A DNA stretch of 34,716 nt from Candidatus Woesearchaeota archaeon (GTDB taxonomy: Archaea > Nanobdellota > Nanobdellia > SCGC-AAA011-G17 > GW2011-AR18), in NCBI GenBank assembly GCA_018302765.1, contig JAGVZG010000024.1:1-34716 (forward strand), written 5' to 3'. The notes below the pieces were generated by a model. That model made no database searches, had not been told where the DNA came from, and saw only the letters and a program-made list of their open reading frames with translations. Each line of letters begins with the position of its first letter. Position 1 is the first letter of the stretch. Shown here piece after piece: positions 26,639-34,711 of this stretch. Both the position numbers and the translations under genes were made by a program.

Positions 26639-27658
26639 ATGAAAACATTGAAAATACTAAAAGAACAGCCAAAATTAAAAGGCTTAATAAAAATAACAAA
26701 AGAGTCAGGCATACCTCTTTTAGGATTAATCCATATTGGTGTAATAGACAGAGGTTCATCACTATTGCAAGTTAGAGCTTCAACATATTGTAATATGAAA
26801 TGCACGTTCTGTAGCACTGCAGCTAATTCTTTTGAAATTCATCCTTATAATTATGAAGTCGAGCTTAATTACTTAGTAGACTGGATAAAAGAAGTAATAA
26901 AATTAAAAGACAATCAAGTAAATCAAATTAATATAGATTCAGTAGGAGAACCAACTGCATATCCAAAAATTATAGAATTAATAAAAGAAGTTAAAAAAAT
27001 TCCAGAAATGAATATAGTAACTATGCAGTCTAATGGGACAATATTAAATAAAGAAAAAATAAAATTATTGGAAGAAGCAGGATTAAACAGAATTAATTTG
27101 TCAGTTCATTCATTAAATCAAGAGCAATCAAAAGAATTATTTGGATCAACTAACTATAATTTAAATAGAATATTAGAAACATGTAAATTAATAAATGAAT
27201 CAAAAATAGAATTAAATTTAACACCTGTATATCTTCCTAAAGCTAATGATGAAGAAATAGGAAAATTAATTGAATTTGCAAAAGAACTAAAATGTAAAAT
27301 TAGTATACAAAAATATGAAATATACAGATACTCAAGAAAGAACAAAAAGGTAAAAGAACAAAATTGGTATAAATTCTACAAAAAATTAGAAGAGTTAGAA
27401 AAAAAATATAATTACAAACTAAAGTTAGGTCCAATAGATTTCAAAATAGAAAGATCAAAACGTGTACCTTTAGTAATGCAAAGAGGCGATATATTAACAG
27501 TTGAAGTTATAATGCCTGGATGGATGAAAAATGAGATGATTGGTAAAGCAAATAATAGGACAATAACTATAACAGAATGTAATTCAAATATTGGAGAAAG
27601 AATAAAAGTAAAAATTCTAGAAACAAGAGATAGTATTTACATAGCTAAAAAGACTTAG
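26639..27658 (+). CDS. Radical SAM protein with a C-terminal TRAM domain
   Basis: GVIDRG, CNMKCTFC (CxxxCxxC), GEPT, RINLS; TRAM-like GDILTVEVIMPGW...GERIKVKI. Confidence 0.88.
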   Translation: MKTLKILKEQPKLKGLIKITKESGIPLLGLIHIGVIDRGSSLLQVRASTYCNMKCTFCSTAANSFEIHPYNYEVELNYLVDWIKEVIKLKDNQVNQINIDSVGEPTAYPKIIELIKEVKKIPEMNIVTMQSNGTILNKEKIKLLEEAGLNRINLSVHSLNQEQSKELFGSTNYNLNRILETCKLINESKIELNLTPVYLPKANDEEIGKLIEFAKELKCKISIQKYEIYRYSRKNKKVKEQNWYKFYKKLEELEKKYNYKLKLGPIDFKIERSKRVPLVMQRGDILTVEVIMPGWMKNEMIGKANNRTITITECNSNIGERIKVKILETRDSIYIAKKT

Positions 27659-28358
27659 ATTTCCCAAAATATTTATTGTAATTTTCTATAAAAACCTCTC
27701 CTATCTGAGGAAAACCAATTTCATATTTTTTAGTCTCCAAATCTTCATACTCTTTATGTAGAATATCATTATTTCCCATTTTCCCCAATAATTCATTTTG
27801 TCTGTTGCATACATTTGTTAAAATATTTAAGTAGCCAAATGAAGGTGAAAGAGAAACAACAATTCTTCTACTCAATACAGATTTATGTTTAGATTCAATT
27901 CTCTGTTTGTGTAATTTTGTTCCATTAAACTCATCTTCATATCTGGGAAATATTCTTGATTCATATGACTCCTGCTCTTCAATAATACCTACTGGTTCTC
28001 CTGCTATTAAATTCCCAGTGCATAATATTCTTTTATCCCAAGGTAATAATTCAAATTTATTAATGATTCCTCCATAACTAGACATACCAGAACAGTCTCT
28101 TAGAGTAATGTATCTCATTTGATAATCAGGTTTTGTAAAATCATGAAAGATTTTATACAACAATTTATTCAGGCATGAAATACTTTCCGAATCAATAATA
28201 TCAAATCCATTTTTTGGAGCGATATTAAACCTATAATTAATATATTCATCTCCACTCAAGAAACCTACAGGTTTTTTATATTGTAATCTATACTGATCAA
28301 CCAAAATAATACATGAATCTTTCAAAATTGCCTTTATTTTGTCTAATAAATTATCCAT
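27645..28358 (-). CDS. Hypothetical protein
   Basis: 237-aa ORF preceded by SD GAGGTGA. Confidence 0.7.
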   Translation of the reverse strand: MDNLLDKIKAILKDSCIILVDQYRLQYKKPVGFLSGDEYINYRFNIAPKNGFDIIDSESISCLNKLLYKIFHDFTKPDYQMRYITLRDCSGMSSYGGIINKFELLPWDKRILCTGNLIAGEPVGIIEEQESYESRIFPRYEDEFNGTKLHKQRIESKHKSVLSRRIVVSLSPSFGYLNILTNVCNRQNELLGKMGNNDILHKEYEDLETKKYEIGFPQIGEVFIENYNKYFGKSKSF

Positions 28359-28433
28359 TTTACTTTCCTTTTAATCACCTCTAGAAATAATTATAATATA
28401 TTAAGAATTAAATTTTATAGCGAACATGTATGT

Positions 28434-29084
28434 CTATTTTAAGAAAGATAAAGTATCAGGAATTACTTTAGATTCAGCCTTCTGTAAATGCTTTTGAAAA
28501 GTGGCCAGTGAAATTTTCATTAATACAGCTAGCTTCCTCAAACTAGTTCTTTTAGGAGCTTCATAATAACCTTCTTTAATTGCTAATTCTAAAGCCTTTT
28601 TTTGTAAATCAGTTAATTTAGGCATTAACTTTGGAAAATAAATATTTTTAAGAGGAGTATTTTTAATACTTAGTAAATCAAAGCTATCACAAAAAGGTTT
28701 TATTTTCTTGATGAAGTTTATCAATTCTTCTTTTTTATACGAAGCAATTTCCCAGTATTCATAACCTTTATTATCAATAAGGATAGGTTTGACAGAAAAC
28801 ATTTTTCTAGAGAATTCAGAAACAGGTTTGTTTTTCGCACTTTCAACTAAAAACAAAGTATTACCATTTATTTCTAAATATTCAGTTCTATTATCTTTTT
28901 TTAGATCATTTAAAAAATTCTTAATATTTTCATCGTTTCCTATTAATTGATGGATTGAAGAGGTTAAAACTTTACCTTTACTTTTTTCTTCCTTTAAATC
29001 CAAAGATTGCATAATTATTCCAAACTTTTCACATCTGTTTCCAATTATACAATTATGTTTTAGTTTAATGTTAGCTATCCACAT
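28434..29084 (-). CDS. HTH_10 (bacterio-opsin activator type) transcriptional regulator
   Basis: LTDLQKKALELAIKEGYYEAPKRTSLRKLA..MKIS.ATFQKHLQKAE. Confidence 0.88.
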   Translation of the reverse strand: MWIANIKLKHNCIIGNRCEKFGIIMQSLDLKEEKSKGKVLTSSIHQLIGNDENIKNFLNDLKKDNRTEYLEINGNTLFLVESAKNKPVSEFSRKMFSVKPILIDNKGYEYWEIASYKKEELINFIKKIKPFCDSFDLLSIKNTPLKNIYFPKLMPKLTDLQKKALELAIKEGYYEAPKRTSLRKLAVLMKISLATFQKHLQKAESKVIPDTLSFLK

Positions 29085-29151
29085 ACATACCTGTATGCTA
29101 ATGGAATATTTAAAATTTTAGGTTAAAAATAAAGAAACTATAACTACCTAA

Positions 29152-29276
29152 TAATCCAAGCTCTGGTGCAATCCTAGTTTTTCAGATAATCTTTGGTAAT
29201 TTTACTTATTCAAAACCTAGGTTTTTTCGTATAAATATTAGTAAATAATTAGGAATGCACCAGAGCCGTAATCCAA
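29152..29276. repeat. Intergenic inverted-repeat element (20-bp arms) flanked by 8-bp direct repeats
   Basis: Arms 29160-29179 and 29247-29266 match at 18/20; TAATCCAA at 29152-29159 and 29269-29276; perfect 14-bp palindrome AAAACCTAGGTTTT at 29212-29225. Confidence 0.8.
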
Positions 29277-29337
29277 AACACTTAAAAATATCCTAAAATA
29301 TAAATAAAGTATAATAATTAAAATAAGGAGGTGCGAA

Positions 29338-29691
29338 ATGGCAATTATGGCTGAAAAAGTAGGCGCTTGGTCGTTTATTATAGGCGCCTTAATAGCAGTA
29401 ATTTTAGGAGCTATCGCATCTACTGCAGGTACAAAATGGGTAATAGGCTTACTATTAGCAATAGGTGTAGTTGTAGGTCTATTAAACATTAGTGATAAAG
29501 AAATTGTACCATTCCTTGTAGCTTGTGTAGCGTTTTTAGTGGCTGCGCCAGCATTAGGATCTGCAGTAGCTGGCTTTGGAGCAACATTCGCTTGGCTAAC
29601 CAGAATATTAGTCCATTTAGGCGTATTTGTAGTTCCAGCTGCAATAATAGCTTCTGTTAAAGCAATCTTGGCTCTAGCCAGCTCAAGATAA
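29338..29691 (+). CDS. Small 4-TM membrane protein
   Basis: Four hydrophobic helices with a GLLNISDKE loop; strong SD GGAGGTG; T-rich tract after the stop. Confidence 0.8.
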   Translation: MAIMAEKVGAWSFIIGALIAVILGAIASTAGTKWVIGLLLAIGVVVGLLNISDKEIVPFLVACVAFLVAAPALGSAVAGFGATFAWLTRILVHLGVFVVPAAIIASVKAILALASSR

Positions 29692-29724
29692 AAGCTTTTA
29701 AATTCTTTATTTTTTCTTTTTTAT

Positions 29725-29997
29725 ATGAAAAAAGTGATTATAACAATTTCTGGAGACGTGCAAGGAATTTTCTTTAGGGCATTTGTAAAAGATAGGGCAA
29801 ATGAATTAGGTCTGACAGGCTATGTAAGAAATACAGAAGATAAAAAAGTAGAAGCAGTAGTAGAAGGTCATGAACTAAAAATAAACAAACTGATAGAATC
29901 TTGTAAAGAAGGCCCAATGGGTGCAAAAGTTAATAATGTAATGACTAAGACAATTCCTTGTACTGGCGAATTTAAAAATTTTAGAATCAAATACTAA
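29725..29997 (+). CDS. acyP: Acylphosphatase
   Basis: GDVQGIFFR, GYVRN, VEAVVEG, GPMGAKV. Confidence 0.92.
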   Translation: MKKVIITISGDVQGIFFRAFVKDRANELGLTGYVRNTEDKKVEAVVEGHELKINKLIESCKEGPMGAKVNNVMTKTIPCTGEFKNFRIKY

Positions 29998-30037
29998 AAA
30001 ACAAAACTTTGTTAAATAGTTATTTCTAACAAAAACT

Positions 30038-31129
30038 ATGGAAGCAATAGCAATATGCATACAAGGATTAGAAGAAATAACTAAACTAGAAATTAAAGAA
30101 ATAATAAAACAAAAATCAGAAACAATAATACCATCAAGAATAAAGTTCAAAATAAAAGAAGAAAAAGATCTTGCCAATTTTATTTATAATACAAGAAGCA
30201 GTATAAAAGTATACAAGTTAATAACAGTATTAGACTTTATAGACCTAGAAGATCTTATTAAAAAGGTAAATATTATAAAATTCCCGAAAATTAAAAGTCC
30301 ATTCATAGTAAGATGTGAAAGAATTGGCGAACATCCTTTTAATTCATTGGACATAGAAAAAGAAGTTGGAAATATAATAAATAAGGATAATAAACTAAAA
30401 GTAGACCTAAAGAATCCAACTACAATAATTTTAGTTGACATAATAAATAATAAGTGTTTTTTAGGCATAGATTATACTGGAATAAAGCTTTCAAAAAGGA
30501 ACTATAGAATAAAATTAATTCCAAATTCACTAAACTCTTGCACCGCATATTCAATGTTAAGAATAGCAGAAGTAAAAGAAAAAGATACAATTCTAGATCC
30601 AATATGTAAATCAGGAGAAATACCAATAGAAGCAGCGCTATATATTCAGAAAATAGCAAATGGCCTGAAATTATCTGATCAGCTAGCATTCACAAAATTA
30701 ATAAAATTCAAACCAAAAAACAAAGTAAAAAATAAAAAATTAAATATCTATGCAATAGATTCATCACAAAATAATTTAAAATGTACAGAGATAAATTCCA
30801 AAATAGCCAATGTTAATAAAAATATCAAATTTAGCAGATATGAGCTAGAATGGTTAGATACAAAATTCGAGAAAAACTCAGTAGATAAAATAATAACATT
30901 TCCGCCATATCAAACAAATAATCTGCCAAAACAAGAAGTAGAAAAAACCTACAAAGAACTTTTTTATCAGTCTGAATTTATATTAAAAAACAATGGAATA
31001 ATGACAGTTCTAACACCATTTCCGGAAATAATAGAAAAATATGCAGTCATGCATAATTTTAAAAAAGAAATAGAGTATAAAATAAACTACATGCATCAAA
31101 ATTTTTCAATATTGAAATTTAGAAAATGA
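30038..31129 (+). CDS. THUMP-domain RNA methyltransferase (Trm14/Trm11-like) with degenerate motifs
   Basis: GLEEITKLEI N-terminus; THUMP segment; GIKLSKRNYR; LDPICKSGEIPIEA; ITFPPY. Confidence 0.8.
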   Translation: MEAIAICIQGLEEITKLEIKEIIKQKSETIIPSRIKFKIKEEKDLANFIYNTRSSIKVYKLITVLDFIDLEDLIKKVNIIKFPKIKSPFIVRCERIGEHPFNSLDIEKEVGNIINKDNKLKVDLKNPTTIILVDIINNKCFLGIDYTGIKLSKRNYRIKLIPNSLNSCTAYSMLRIAEVKEKDTILDPICKSGEIPIEAALYIQKIANGLKLSDQLAFTKLIKFKPKNKVKNKKLNIYAIDSSQNNLKCTEINSKIANVNKNIKFSRYELEWLDTKFEKNSVDKIITFPPYQTNNLPKQEVEKTYKELFYQSEFILKNNGIMTVLTPFPEIIEKYAVMHNFKKEIEYKINYMHQNFSILKFRK

Positions 31130-31824
31130 AATTCAAAATAAATAAACAAATGTTTGAAAAATTCGAAGGATTGAACATTGGGATAATTATAGCCAAGAAT
31201 ATTATAAACAAAGGAATACCAGAAGATATTATAAATAAAATTAAGGAAAATGAAATTAGAAAAAACTACAAAACAGAAACATTATCAGAGCATCCAAAGA
31301 TTAATTGTTGGAGAAAAGCTTATTCAATATTTGGAGGGGAACCAAAGAAAAATAAATCCTCAATAGAAGCTCTTTACAGAAGAATTTTAAACGGTGAAGA
31401 ATTAAGGCATATTAACAAATTAGTTGATGCTTATAATTTTATATCTCTAAAATACATGCTTCCAATTGGTGGTGAAGACATTGACAAAATAGAAGGTGAT
31501 GTGGAATTAACATTTGCAAAAAAAAATGAACCGAAAACATTACTCTTAGGAGACAAAGAGCAAAGATCTCCACATGAAGGGGAAGTAATCTACAAAGACA
31601 AAATATCAGCAATATGTAGGAGATGGAACTGGCGTGAAGCAGAAAGAACAAAACTTACAGAAGACACAAAAAATTGTATTATAGTAATAGAAGGGGTTTC
31701 TCCAATAAAAAAAGAAGAAATAGAAAAAGCAATATTAGAATTAAAAGAAATCATATTAAGTTTATGTGGTGGAAAAATAAATTACCATATTCTAGACAAA
31801 AATAGTATAGAAATAGAATTCTAA
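31126..31824 (+). CDS. Stand-alone B3/B4 domain protein (PheRS editing-domain homolog)
   Basis: WRKAYSIFG...SSIEALYRR...INKLVDAYNFISL...GGED...CRRWNWRE. Confidence 0.85.
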   Translation: MKFKINKQMFEKFEGLNIGIIIAKNIINKGIPEDIINKIKENEIRKNYKTETLSEHPKINCWRKAYSIFGGEPKKNKSSIEALYRRILNGEELRHINKLVDAYNFISLKYMLPIGGEDIDKIEGDVELTFAKKNEPKTLLLGDKEQRSPHEGEVIYKDKISAICRRWNWREAERTKLTEDTKNCIIVIEGVSPIKKEEIEKAILELKEIILSLCGGKINYHILDKNSIEIEF

Positions 31825-31864
31825 ATTAGGAAGATTTTTAAACAAACTACATAACTACAAAAAT

Positions 31865-33361
31865 ATGTCAAAGGAAGAAGAAATATTCAATCAAAGGCTT
31901 AAAAAAATAGAGGAAATAAAAAGCTTGGAAATAAATCCATATCCTTACAAATTTGACCAGAAAAATCACTCTAAGGAAATTCTTGAAAAATACAAAAACC
32001 TAGACAAAGAAGAAAAAACAAAAGACAATGTCTCATTAGCTGGAAGAATAATGAGTTTAAGAGAAATGGGAAAAGCTTCTTTTGGACATATTCAGGATGT
32101 ATCTGGAAAAATACAATTCTACATTAGAGAAGATCAAGTTGGAGAAAAAATATACACTTTGTTCAAAAAATTGGATCTTGGTGACATTATAGGAATAACA
32201 GGTACTGTATTCAGAACAAAAACAGGGGAAATTTCAATATTAATAAAAGAATTAGAATTATTAGTTAAATCTCTAAGACCTTTACCAGAAAAATTTCATG
32301 GTCTAAAAGATACAGAGATAAGATACAGAAAGAGATATGTTGACTTAATAGTTAATCCTGAGGTAAAAGAAACGTTTGTAAAAAGAGCAAAGATTTACAA
32401 AGCAATAAGGGAATTTCTAGACCAAAGGGGTTTCATAGAAGTAAGAACTCCAATTTTGCAAACACAATATGGCGGAGCAAATGCAAGACCATTTATAACA
32501 AAAATCAACGCATGGAATATGAAAATGTACTTAAGGATAGCATATGAACTGGATCTAAAAAGATTAATTGTTGGAGGTTTTGAAAAAATATATGATCTAA
32601 GTTCATGTTTCAGAAATGAAGATGCAGATAGAACTCATAATCCAGAATTTGCCATGATGGAAATCCAATGGGCTTATGCAGATTACCATGACGCAATGAA
32701 ATTAACAGAAGAACTATGGGAATATACTGCTAAAGAAATTCTAGGAACTACAATAATTGAATATGGAGGTAACAAAATAAATCTAAAGGCGCCCTGGAAA
32801 AGACTAACTGTTAAAGATGCGCTTAAAGAACTTACAAATGTTGACGTTGACAAACTAAAAGATCTTGATTTGCTAAAATTAATAGATCAGCATAAAATAG
32901 AATACGAAAATAAACCATCAAGAGGAGAAATTATAATGTTGTTATTTGAAAAACTTTGTGAACATAAATTGATTCAGCCAACGCACATAATAGACCATCC
33001 AAAAGAATCTTGTCCATTGGCAAGAATACATAGAAAAGACCAAAATTTAATAGAAAGGATAGAGCCATTCATTAATGGGTTTGAAGTTGGCAATTGCTAT
33101 ACAGAATTAAATGACCCAATACTACAAAGAAAGCTTCTTGAAGAACAAGCAAAGAAAGGCCGTGGTGGAGATGAAGAAGCTCATCCAATGGATGAAGACT
33201 TTGTTCAGTCAATGGAATTCGGGCTTCCTCCAAATACAGGAATTGGTGTTGGCGTAGATAGAATGATAATGTTATTAACAGGCGCTGAATCAATAAGGGA
33301 TGTAATTCTTTTCCCAACAATGAAGCCTGAGAACTTAGTTGAAGAAAAACAGGTAAAATAA
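31865..33361 (+). CDS. lysS: Lysyl-tRNA synthetase, class II
   Basis: OB-fold AGRIMSLREMGKASF; YRKRYVDL; GGANARPF; FRNEDADRTHNPEF; motif 3 GIGVGVDR; LFPTMK. Confidence 0.97.
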   Translation: MSKEEEIFNQRLKKIEEIKSLEINPYPYKFDQKNHSKEILEKYKNLDKEEKTKDNVSLAGRIMSLREMGKASFGHIQDVSGKIQFYIREDQVGEKIYTLFKKLDLGDIIGITGTVFRTKTGEISILIKELELLVKSLRPLPEKFHGLKDTEIRYRKRYVDLIVNPEVKETFVKRAKIYKAIREFLDQRGFIEVRTPILQTQYGGANARPFITKINAWNMKMYLRIAYELDLKRLIVGGFEKIYDLSSCFRNEDADRTHNPEFAMMEIQWAYADYHDAMKLTEELWEYTAKEILGTTIIEYGGNKINLKAPWKRLTVKDALKELTNVDVDKLKDLDLLKLIDQHKIEYENKPSRGEIIMLLFEKLCEHKLIQPTHIIDHPKESCPLARIHRKDQNLIERIEPFINGFEVGNCYTELNDPILQRKLLEEQAKKGRGGDEEAHPMDEDFVQSMEFGLPPNTGIGVGVDRMIMLLTGAESIRDVILFPTMKPENLVEEKQVK

Positions 33362-33422
33362 ATTAAATATTTAGAGAAACAAAGAAACATTTATAAATCA
33401 TCAAAATTGGTATTTTACTTGA

Positions 33423-33459
33423 AAAACGAGCTAAAGGCCTAAAAACCTATTCTCGTTTT
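33423..33459 (+). promoter_or_regulatory. Hairpin at the probable 5' end of the histone mRNA leader
   Basis: AAAACGAG (33423-33430) pairs with CTCGTTTT (33452-33459); TATA TTTATAAA at 33390-33397; SD GGAGGT at 33479-33484. Confidence 0.45.
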
Positions 33460-33490
33460 ATAATAAAAAACAAAATTCGGAGGTAAGAAA

Positions 33491-33661
33491 ATGGGTGAAT
33501 TATTGGTTGTAAGAAGTAAAATAAAAGACGTAGCAAAAGGAATGAATGTTTCTGGTGATTTTGCAGATGCTTTAAGCGCTAAAGTAGAGATGCTTATTAA
33601 AGAAGCTTGCAGAAGATCTAAAGAAAATAAGAGATCAACAATTCAACCTAGAGACCTATAA
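33491..33661 (+). CDS. Histone-fold protein with truncated alpha3 (56 aa; absent from the ORF track)
   Basis: MGELLVVRSKIKDVAKGMNVSGDFADALSAKVEMLIKEACRRSKENKRSTIQPRDL; histone RxTI..RD clamp; strong SD. Confidence 0.88.
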   Translation: MGELLVVRSKIKDVAKGMNVSGDFADALSAKVEMLIKEACRRSKENKRSTIQPRDL

Positions 33662-33680
33662 GTCTCTAGTTTTTCTTTTG
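33648..33680 (+). terminator. Hairpin plus T-tract terminator over the histone stop codon
   Basis: CTAGAGAC-ctataa-GTCTCTAG (8-bp stem) followed directly by TTTTTCTTTT. Confidence 0.6.
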
Positions 33681-33801
33681 TGTTTATTTTTTCTAATATA
33701 TTTTATAAATTCTACCAGAAGGAATATAAACTATAGATGCTTCAAATATAGTGAATAAGCCAGTATGTTACAAAAATTATAAATAATAAAAGAGGAAATA
33801 A

Positions 33802-34227
33802 ATGGCTTCTAAAGTTAAAGGTTCTAGGACAGAAAGAGAACTTGTTCATCTATTTAATAAAACAGGAGACTGGTCTGCAATAAGGGTCGCAGGCTCTGGT
33901 TTAACAAAAGATCCAAATCCTGATGTTTTAGCAGGAAATATAAAAAGACATCTAGCAATAGAATGTAAATCAATTAAAACCACATCAAAATATTTATATC
34001 CTGAAGATGTTAAACAAATAGAAGACTTTGCAAATAAATTTGGAGCTGAGCCTTGGATAGCAATAAGATTTAACCATAAAGGGTGGTATTTCCTAAAAAC
34101 AGAAGACCTAAAAAAAACAAAAAGCTCAAATTTAGTAATTAATGTAGAATTAGCTGAAGAAAAAGGTTTAAAATTTGAAGAATTGATAAAAGAAGGTGAA
34201 ACAAATGCAGAACATAATAAAATATAG
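33802..34227 (+). CDS. hjc: Archaeal Holliday junction resolvase
   Basis: KGSRTERELV, RVAGSG, PDVLAG, AIECKS. Confidence 0.93.
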   Translation: MASKVKGSRTERELVHLFNKTGDWSAIRVAGSGLTKDPNPDVLAGNIKRHLAIECKSIKTTSKYLYPEDVKQIEDFANKFGAEPWIAIRFNHKGWYFLKTEDLKKTKSSNLVINVELAEEKGLKFEELIKEGETNAEHNKI

Positions 34228-34582
34228 TGGTTTAAATGATCTTAGTGAAGAAGAAAAAGGGACATTAAAAGGTATTGTAGAAAAAGAATATCCAAAAATT
34301 CAAAGATTGATAAAAAATACATGCGATCTAATAGTGGATGTTAAAATATTAAAGAAAGATTCAAGAAAAAGATTTTCTATTAGTATGAGATTAGAAGCTC
34401 CTGGAAAAATATATAGTGTAAAAAACAAAGATACAGAAAAAGGTGGAGATTGGAATATAACAAAAGCAACACACGAAGAAACAAACGCTCTAAAATTTGA
34501 GATTAAACACCAATTAAAGACAGACACAGAGACATGGAAAAAAGGCGGACTTAAAGCATTGATTAAAAGGTTTAAATCCTAA
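34196..34582 (+). CDS. Hypothetical protein, probable HPF/RaiA-like fold
   Basis: Pattern ..YPKIQR..DLIVDVK..RFSISMRLEAPGK..WNITKATHE..L resembles HPF-like alpha/beta domains. The start may be the ATG at 34205. Confidence 0.5.
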   Translation: MKQMQNIIKYSGLNDLSEEEKGTLKGIVEKEYPKIQRLIKNTCDLIVDVKILKKDSRKRFSISMRLEAPGKIYSVKNKDTEKGGDWNITKATHEETNALKFEIKHQLKTDTETWKKGGLKALIKRFKS

Positions 34583-34623
34583 TATTATTTATAGACTGCT
34601 CTATCTAATTCTGATCTTAGTAA

Positions 34624-34711
34624 ACTAATTCCGAGCCTATCCCATCGTTCGCGAATACGCTCACTTCACAGCAAGCTGTGGGGCATTACGGCTCGGTAAA
34701 ATTGACTAATT
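34624..34711. repeat. GC-rich palindromic element with 7-bp inverted arms and 7-bp flanking direct repeats
   Basis: CCGAGCC (34631-34637) / GGCTCGG (34690-34696); internal hairpin CACAGC-AA-GCTGTG (34667-34680); ACTAATT at 34624-34630 and 34705-34711. Confidence 0.65.

Noticed and set aside
18454-34527. Remaining short ORFs overlapping annotated genes (e.g. 18454, 18643, 19951, 20486, 21093, 22747, 24182, 25895, 29238, 29875, 33072, 34300)
   Set aside because: Antisense or alternate-frame overlaps of stronger CDSs; hydrophobic F/L/I/S composition typical of the reverse complement of A-rich genes.
29263-34694. Shared 10-mer GAGCCGTAAT between the two palindromic elements, and CCGAGCCG also at 17900-17907
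   Set aside because: Short, found post hoc, and placed differently relative to the stems; treated as coincidence unless a genome-wide search shows otherwise.
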